Of a stretch of 13,971 nucleotides of DNA, positions 8,256 to 13,971 are shown in pieces (positions within the stretch are counted from its first letter, which is position 1; every line of letters starts with the position of its first letter). The notes under the pieces were generated by a model that saw only the letters and a list, made by a program, of their open reading frames with translations, did no database searches and was not told the DNA's origin. Origin of the DNA: Candidatus Sumerlaeia bacterium (lineage in GTDB: Bacteria > Sumerlaeota > Sumerlaeia > SLMS01); the NCBI GenBank assembly GCA_038208905.1, contig JBBQYG010000102.1, positions 1-13,971 of the forward strand. The letters are read 5' to 3'. The position numbers and the translations under genes were made by a program.

Positions 8256-9758
8256 TCAGCGGGATTGTGTCAACGCGGCAAATCGCCGCTCGGCGTCCTC
8301 CCAAGCGGGCGTGGGGCGCGGGGAATAGATGGTCGGCTGCTCCGACCGCGCAATGGTGGCGCGCAACTCTTCGAGGCCGGAAATGCGGCCAGAGGCGGCC
8401 AACTGCATTCCGATGTTTCCGAGGGCGGTTGCCTCCACGGGGCCCGCGTGAACGGGTACGCCACAGGCGTCGGCGGTGAACTGGCAGAGCAGGCGATTGC
8501 GCGCGCCGCCCCCGACGATGTGCAACACGGAGAGCTTGCGGCCGCAGAGCTTCGCAAGCGACCGAAGCCGGTCACGGAAGGCCAGGGCAAGGCTCTCCAG
8601 AATGCAGCGCGCGATGGCGCCGTGGTCGGCGGGTGGCGGCTGGCCGGTCTCGGCGCATCGCGCACGAATGCGCCCGGGCATGTCGCCGGGGGGGAAGTAG
8701 ATCGACTCGTCGGGATTGATCAGGCTGACGAGCGGCGTCGCGCCCTCCGCCAGCGCGATCAGTTGATCCCATGTGTGGGCCTGTCCGTCGCGCTCCCACT
8801 GGCGCTCGCTCTCTTGCAACAGCCAAAGGCCCATCACGTTCTTCAGGAGGCGGAAGGTGCCAAACACGCCTCCCTCGTTGGTGAAGTTCAGCGCGCGCGC
8901 CTCCGAGTTGATGACGGGCTCGCGGACCTCCGTCCCGATGAGCGACCACGTCCCGCAGGATATATACGCGAAGTCCGGCCCGGTGGCGGGAACCGCGGCC
9001 ACGGCGGAGGCGGTGTCGTGGGTGCCCACGGCGATCAGTTCCGTGCCGTGCAGACCCGTGCGGTCGGCGATCTCTTGCCTCAGCGGGCCCAGCCGCGTGC
9101 CGGGCTCGGCGATTGGTGCGAATAGGTGGCGGGGTAGTTGCAGCCGCTCGATCAGCGGCCACGCCCAGTCACGCGTTCGCGGATTGCAGAGCTGCGTGGT
9201 GGTCGCGTTCGTGAACTCCGCCCGCACGGCGCCGCTGAGCGCGTGGTGGAACAGATCCCCCATCAGGAGAAGGCGATGCGCGCCCGATAGCTTGGCGGAG
9301 TCGCCGCGCCGCGCGGCCACCAACTGGAAGATCGTGTTGAGCTGCATGAACTGGATGCCGGTCTCGGCGAAGATTTCGTCCGCCGGGACTTCCTCCCGAA
9401 AGACCTTCTCCATCATGTCGTTCGTGCGCGCGTCGCGATAGTGAACCGGCGTCTCGATCAGATCGCCGTTGGCGTTCAGCAGCCCATAGTCCACGCCCCA
9501 CGTGTCGATGCCGAGTGTCTGCGCCGGGCTGCCCGCCGCACGCGCCCGGGAGGAACCCTCGCCAAGCCCCCGCAGGATGTTTTGCAGCAGGTCGTCGAAC
9601 CGCCACCTCAGCGTCCCGCCATCCATGATCGGGTCGTTGGGAAAGCGGTGGATTTCCTGCATGTCTATACGGCCATCCGCGTGCGTGGCGAGGATGACTC
9701 GCCCCGAGGATGCGCCGAGATCGACGGCAAGGCAGGTGGATGGCGTGGTCGGTGGCAT
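8256..9758 (-). CDS. rhaB: Rhamnulokinase (FGGY family)
   Basis: LAVDLGASSGRV, IHRFPN, GIDTWGVDYGLL, HYRDART, TGIQFMQLNTIFQL, HDTASAVAAVP, YISCGTWSLIG, FTNEGG, LKNVMGLWLLQ, GPVEATALGN; starts 6 nt after the rhaA stop. Confidence 0.95.
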   Translation of the reverse strand: MPPTTPSTCLAVDLGASSGRVILATHADGRIDMQEIHRFPNDPIMDGGTLRWRFDDLLQNILRGLGEGSSRARAAGSPAQTLGIDTWGVDYGLLNANGDLIETPVHYRDARTNDMMEKVFREEVPADEIFAETGIQFMQLNTIFQLVAARRGDSAKLSGAHRLLLMGDLFHHALSGAVRAEFTNATTTQLCNPRTRDWAWPLIERLQLPRHLFAPIAEPGTRLGPLRQEIADRTGLHGTELIAVGTHDTASAVAAVPATGPDFAYISCGTWSLIGTEVREPVINSEARALNFTNEGGVFGTFRLLKNVMGLWLLQESERQWERDGQAHTWDQLIALAEGATPLVSLINPDESIYFPPGDMPGRIRARCAETGQPPPADHGAIARCILESLALAFRDRLRSLAKLCGRKLSVLHIVGGGARNRLLCQFTADACGVPVHAGPVEATALGNIGMQLAASGRISGLEELRATIARSEQPTIYSPRPTPAWEDAERRFAALTQSR

Positions 9759-9764
9759 CGGTCG

Positions 9765-11036
9765 CTATCGCTTTGCCAGCACGTCCTTCTCATAGCGCCG
9801 CACGTCGTCCAGCCACGCGGCGCCGGGGGGCGTCCCCTGCTTCAGGCAGTAATAATCCCAAACCGCGCCATAGGGTAGCGTCTTCAGTTCTTCCAGCAGC
9901 GCGAGGCGACCGGTGTAGTCGCCCTCAAGCTCCATGCGGCGCAGCGTCTCCGTCGGCTCGAGCAGCGCGATCAGCAACGCCTTGATCATCGCGCGCGTGC
10001 CAATGACCCACGCGGCCACGCGGTTGATGCTGGCGTCGAAGAAGTCGAGCCCGATGTGCACGCGCGACTCGTGGCCGGGGCGGATGATTTCCTCCGCGAT
10101 GGCGCGCAGCTCGTCGGAGAGAATGACCACGTGGTCGCTGTCCCACCGGACGCCGCGACTCACGTGGAGCAGAATCTCCTCCACCCACGTCAGGACGGAG
10201 GAAATCTTGTCGGAGATGACCTCGGTGGGGTGGAAGTGCCCTGCGTCGAGGCACGGCAGCACGCCGTTGCGGACGGCATAGCCGAGGTAGAATTCGTGGG
10301 AGCCAATCACGCAGCTTTCGCTCCCGATGCCGAAGAGTTTGCACTCGACCGCGTCGAGGACGTGGCGCTTGTCCAGGCGCTCGGCAAATACCTTGTCCAG
10401 CGAGTCCTTCAGCCGATGGCGCGCGGCGCCGCGGTCGATGGGGATATCCTTGAATCCGTCGGGGATCCACACGTTGTTGACGCAGGGCGTGCCCAGCTCG
10501 CGTCCCATGGCCGCGGCGATGTGGCGAGTCACCTTGCAGTGCTCGATCCAGAAGTCGCGGATCCCCGCGTCGGCGTGGGAGAGCGTGAATCCATCGCCCG
10601 CCTTGGGATGGGAGAAGCACGTGGGGTTAAAATCGAGGCCCAACCCGCCGGACTTGGCCCAGTCTATCCAGTTGCGGAAGTGCTCGACCGTCAGGGCGTC
10701 GCGCTCCACAACGCGACCGTTGGTCTCGGCATAGATTGCGTGGAGGTTCAGGCGGTGCTTACCGGGGAGGAGGCTGTAAACCATGTCCAAATCGGCGCGA
10801 AGCTCCGGCGCCGTGCGGGCGCGACCGGGATAGTTTCCGGTCACCGCGATGCCGCCGCTCAGGCCCTCGGCCTTGGCCTCGAAACCGCCCACGTCGTCGC
10901 CCTGCCAGCAGTGAAGGCTGATGGGGATCGTGGCCAAGCGCCGCATGGCGGCCTCGCAGTCCACGCCGAGCGCGGCATATCGTTCGCTCGCCAGCGTATG
11001 GGCCCTCTCGATCTGGCCTTCGGTCCAACTCCCCAT
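9765..11036 (-). CDS. rhaA: L-rhamnose isomerase
   Basis: [95 protein letters not shown]. Start moved from 11093 to ATG 11036 because AAGGAG lies just upstream. Confidence 0.97.
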   Translation of the reverse strand: MGSWTEGQIERAHTLASERYAALGVDCEAAMRRLATIPISLHCWQGDDVGGFEAKAEGLSGGIAVTGNYPGRARTAPELRADLDMVYSLLPGKHRLNLHAIYAETNGRVVERDALTVEHFRNWIDWAKSGGLGLDFNPTCFSHPKAGDGFTLSHADAGIRDFWIEHCKVTRHIAAAMGRELGTPCVNNVWIPDGFKDIPIDRGAARHRLKDSLDKVFAERLDKRHVLDAVECKLFGIGSESCVIGSHEFYLGYAVRNGVLPCLDAGHFHPTEVISDKISSVLTWVEEILLHVSRGVRWDSDHVVILSDELRAIAEEIIRPGHESRVHIGLDFFDASINRVAAWVIGTRAMIKALLIALLEPTETLRRMELEGDYTGRLALLEELKTLPYGAVWDYYCLKQGTPPGAAWLDDVRRYEKDVLAKR

Positions 11037-11064
11037 TGCGCACACTCCTTGGCTCGAAAAAGTC

Positions 11065-11104
11065 GAATACGATCCAATTCGCTCAAATACCACAGAATCC
11101 GATC
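11065..11104. promoter_or_regulatory. Four tandem imperfect 10-bp direct repeats, candidate operator for the divergent rha/lut genes
   Basis: GAATACGATC / CAATTCGCTC / AAATACCACA / GAATCCGATC at exact 10-bp periodicity between the rhaA RBS and the lutA -35. Confidence 0.6.
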
Positions 11105-11115
11105 AAGAGATGAGC

Positions 11116-11146
11116 TTGACAGCCCCCCGTCAGCAATCGAAAAACT
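11116..11146 (+). promoter_or_regulatory. Putative lutABC promoter
   Basis: Perfect TTGACA followed by N19 and AAAACT, 44 nt upstream of ATG 11191. Confidence 0.5.
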
Positions 11147-11190
11147 GGGCCTCTGGCGACGACGCTCCAATAGCCCCGGTTCCCTACTCC

Positions 11191-11961
11191 ATGTCCACCG
11201 AATCGATAAAGCCGACCGCCCGCCAGAAACCCGGCGGCGCCGTCCATTTGATGCTGACCTGCCTGTGCGACGCCTTCTATCCCGAGGTGGGGATGGCGGC
11301 TGTCCGCATCCTTGAGCATCGCGGCTACAAAGTGGCCTTCGAGGCGAACCAGACCTGCTGTGCCCAACCGGCTTTCAACCACGGAGACTGGGCCGCCGCG
11401 CGAAAGGTGGCCCGCGCAACCCTCAAGGTTTTCCGCGACGCGGAGGTGCTCGTGACGCCGTCGGGTTCCTGCGCCGCGATGATCCGGTGGGGATTTCCGC
11501 AGCTCTTTCGCGGCGAGCCGGAACTGGAGGAGGCCAAGGCGCTCGGCAGCCGCACGTGGGAACTCATGGAGTTCCTGGCGCTGCACGAGGGCCTGGAGGC
11601 TTGGCCCGGCAAGTGGGAGGGCCGCGTGGTACTCCACAAGTCCTGCCACCTGCGCGAGTTGCAGCCCCACAACGGCAGCGACCTGCTGCTCGCCTCGATC
11701 AAGGGGCTCGAACTGGTGGGCCCCAAGACGCCGGAGCAGTGCTGCGGATTCGGCGGCACCTTCACCGTTAGCTTCCCGTGGACGAGCCAGGAGATGGGCG
11801 GCAACAAGCTGCGCGATCTCTCGACCACCGGCCCCGATGTGATCGCATCGACCGACATGGGCTGCGTGATGCACCTGCGTGGAATGGCAGCCAAGGCGCC
11901 GGGCGTGTCGCCGCGCCTGTGCCACGTGGCGGAAATCCTGGCCGAAAGCCTCGCCCCATGA
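11191..11961 (+). CDS. lutA: Lactate utilization protein A (LutA/LldE/YkgE, CCG-domain Fe-S protein)
   Basis: TCLCDAFYPEVG, QTCCAQPAFN.G, TPSGSCAAMI, H.SCH.R, QCCGFGGTF, D.GC.MH. Start placed at ATG 11191 because the ORF-track start overlaps rhaA; start uncertain, weak RBS. Confidence 0.92.
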   Translation: MSTESIKPTARQKPGGAVHLMLTCLCDAFYPEVGMAAVRILEHRGYKVAFEANQTCCAQPAFNHGDWAAARKVARATLKVFRDAEVLVTPSGSCAAMIRWGFPQLFRGEPELEEAKALGSRTWELMEFLALHEGLEAWPGKWEGRVVLHKSCHLRELQPHNGSDLLLASIKGLELVGPKTPEQCCGFGGTFTVSFPWTSQEMGGNKLRDLSTTGPDVIASTDMGCVMHLRGMAAKAPGVSPRLCHVAEILAESLAP

Positions 11962-13379
11962 AGCAATCGAAACGCGTCGGCGTGGTGGACGTCGAGGCGA
12001 TCGGCATCGGCAAGAGCGAGTCCTCGCGCGCCTCGGTGCGCTCCGCGTCGGAGAAGAAGGTCGTCTCCCGCGCGATGGCGCTGGAGGCCGAAGTCGAGAA
12101 CTCCGCCGACCTGCGCCTGGAGGCCGCTGCGCGCCGCCAGCATGTGATCGACCACTTGGACGAGTACCTCCTCGCCGCCGAGAAGTCCATGACCGACAAC
12201 GGGATTCAGGTCCACTGGGCGGCAGACCAGGAGGAAGCGCAGCAACTGGTGGTGAAGCTCTGCCACGACGCCGGCGTGAAGCGCATCGCCAAGTCGAAGT
12301 CCATGGTCAGCGAGGAGATCCACCTCAACGGCGCGTTGGAGGCGGCGGGGATGGAGGTGGTGGAGACAGACCTTGGCGAGTTCGTGGTGCAGCTCGACAA
12401 CGACCACCCCAGCCACATCGTGACGCCGATTATCCACAAGAGCCGCAAGGACGTGGCGGCGACTTTCGCACGCGAGGGGATCTCCGAATACAACGAGGAT
12501 CCCGAGGCCCTGACGATGGCCGCGCGGCGCCATCTGCGCAGCGTCTTCATGAGTGCCGACTGTGGCATCACCGGCGCCAACTTTATCGTGGCGGAGACGG
12601 GGCGCCTCGTCACCGTGAGCAACGAGGGGAACCTTCGCCTCACCTCCAACACGCCGCGTCTCCACATCGCCATGACCGGCATCGAGAAGATAGTGGCGAC
12701 GGAGGCGGACCTGGCGCTGCTGCTGAAGCTGCTGGCGCGTTCGGCCACGGGGCAGTCTCTCACTGTCTATACCCAATTTCTCGGCGGGCCGCGCGCCTCG
12801 GGCGACCCCGATGGTCCCGACGCGATGCATGTGATCCTGCTGGACAACGGGCGGACCAACCTGCTGGGCGGACGCTATCGCGAGATGCTGCGCTGCATAC
12901 GCTGCGGCGCGTGCCTCAACGTGTGCCCGGTGTATCGCGCCGTCACGGGGCACGGCTACGGATCGGTCTATCCGGGGCCGATGGGAGCGATCTTCTCGCC
13001 ACTGCTCGGCGGAGAGGAATCGCGCCGCAAGTACGCCTATCTCCCCAAGGCATCGTCGCTCTGCGGCGCGTGCGAGGAGGTGTGCCCCGTGGCGATCCCG
13101 ATTCCCAAGATGCTGGTGGCGCTGCGCGAGGAATCGATGCGGATGCACATGCCCGGGCCAGGCGGCACTCCGCCGTGGGCGCCGTGGTCGATGCTTGCGA
13201 CAAGCCCGGGCATCTGGAAGGTCGCCCTGGAATCGGGCCGCGCCATTGGATGGGGCCCCGCGCGCATCGCGCCCGTGGCCGCCTTCCAGCGTTGGCTTCA
13301 GCATCACGATTTGCCTGCGTGGCCCAGGCAGTCGTTCCGCTCGTGGTGGAAAAAGCGCGACGCGGAGAGCGATTCGTGA
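11958..13379 (+). CDS. lutB: Lactate utilization protein B (LutB/LldF/YkgF, Fe-S protein)
   Basis: KSKSMVSEEI, ETDLGEFVVQL, PSHIVTPIIH, GITGANF.VAETG, NEGN, LARSATGQ, LLDNGR, CIRCGACLNVCPVY, SSLCGACEEVCPV. ATGA overlap with the lutA stop defines the start at 11958. Confidence 0.95.
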   Translation: MKQSKRVGVVDVEAIGIGKSESSRASVRSASEKKVVSRAMALEAEVENSADLRLEAAARRQHVIDHLDEYLLAAEKSMTDNGIQVHWAADQEEAQQLVVKLCHDAGVKRIAKSKSMVSEEIHLNGALEAAGMEVVETDLGEFVVQLDNDHPSHIVTPIIHKSRKDVAATFAREGISEYNEDPEALTMAARRHLRSVFMSADCGITGANFIVAETGRLVTVSNEGNLRLTSNTPRLHIAMTGIEKIVATEADLALLLKLLARSATGQSLTVYTQFLGGPRASGDPDGPDAMHVILLDNGRTNLLGGRYREMLRCIRCGACLNVCPVYRAVTGHGYGSVYPGPMGAIFSPLLGGEESRRKYAYLPKASSLCGACEEVCPVAIPIPKMLVALREESMRMHMPGPGGTPPWAPWSMLATSPGIWKVALESGRAIGWGPARIAPVAAFQRWLQHHDLPAWPRQSFRSWWKKRDAESDS

Positions 13380-13971
13380 GCAAGGGACGCGATGCAATTC
13401 TCGCCTCGATTCGCGGGGCTCTCGACGCCGGGCGCGCCGCTGGATGGGCGCCGCCGGCTTCGCAGCCACCGGACTTCCACGATGTGGAAACGCGCTACCT
13501 CGACGATCACGATCCCGAGGCGCTTCGCGTGCGATTTCAGGACCGGCTCGTCAAGCTGGGTGACAGCGTGCGCCGCATCCGCGTGGCTGACGTGCAGGAA
13601 GAATTGGAAGCGTTTTCCCGCGAGCGCGGCCTGCAATCGGGCGTCGCCGAGGCGGCGGCGATAGAACTGACCGGCACCAGCGCGCGGCGCAGCCTCGCCA
13701 ACGACAAGACGACCATGTTTGCCGCCGACCATGCCCTGGTGCTCGCGGACTACGGCGTGGCCGAAACGGGGACGCTCGTGTTTGTCCACGCGCCGGGTCG
13801 CTCGCGGCTGATCACCATCGCGCCGCCGTTGCAGTTGGTGGTGCTGCGCGCCTCGACGCTCCTGCCTGATCTGGTGGATGCGCTCGCCATCATGCGCGAT
13901 GTTGATCCCGCCAATTCGGTCGCGTGGATCACGGGCTCCAGTCGGACGGCCGACATCGACGGCATCCTCAT
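13376..13971 (+). CDS. lutC: Lactate utilization protein C (LutC/LldG/YkgG, LUD domain), truncated by window edge
   Basis: GTGA overlap with the lutB stop. Manual translation MSKGRDAILASIRGAL...ADYGVAETGTLV...GRSRLITIAPP...WITGSSRTADIDGIL is open to the end of the window; not in the ORF track. Confidence 0.9.
   Translation, partial: MSKGRDAILASIRGALDAGRAAGWAPPASQPPDFHDVETRYLDDHDPEALRVRFQDRLVKLGDSVRRIRVADVQEELEAFSRERGLQSGVAEAAAIELTGTSARRSLANDKTTMFAADHALVLADYGVAETGTLVFVHAPGRSRLITIAPPLQLVVLRASTLLPDLVDALAIMRDVDPANSVAWITGSSRTADIDGIL

Noticed and set aside
10921..11190. Long N-terminal extensions of lutA (from 10921) and rhaA (from 11093); likewise lutB from 11778
   Set aside because: They would overlap neighbouring genes or the operator region; RBS position, the ATGA overlap and expected protein lengths support 11191, 11036 and 11958.
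11325..13469. 714-aa ORF antisense to lutAB (and similar antisense ORFs over rhaA, rhaB, MATE and GT)
   Set aside because: Fully overlap well-supported genes and have no domain features.

Overview
High-GC bacterial chromosomal window, mostly housekeeping and carbohydrate-catabolic genes. In order: a TPR-like protein (minus strand, runs off the left edge, absent from the ORF track); a stand-alone rplS (L19) with its own terminator and a hairpin-forming leader; a 550-bp divergent intergenic region with two adjacent inverted-repeat elements; an orphan single-domain response regulator; an ~800-bp patch of decayed gene fragments (frameshifted secreted-protein start, VOC/glyoxalase N-terminus joined to a DUF433-like C-terminus); thrS with an ~77-aa insertion in the catalytic domain; a MATE transporter; a probably membrane-anchored GT-B glycosyltransferase; rhaB and rhaA; and a divergent lutABC (lldEFG) lactate-oxidation operon whose shared intergenic region carries four tandem 10-bp repeats. 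No CRISPR, rRNA, tRNA, transposase or defence system is evident, and I found no clearly new multi-gene system. The best leads are the ThrS insertion, a recurrent TTG-N19-AAWMCT promoter-like geometry, the G-U-biased 141-nt hairpin element, the candidate L19 leader and the rha/lut operator. All family calls are by motif recognition, without database searches.
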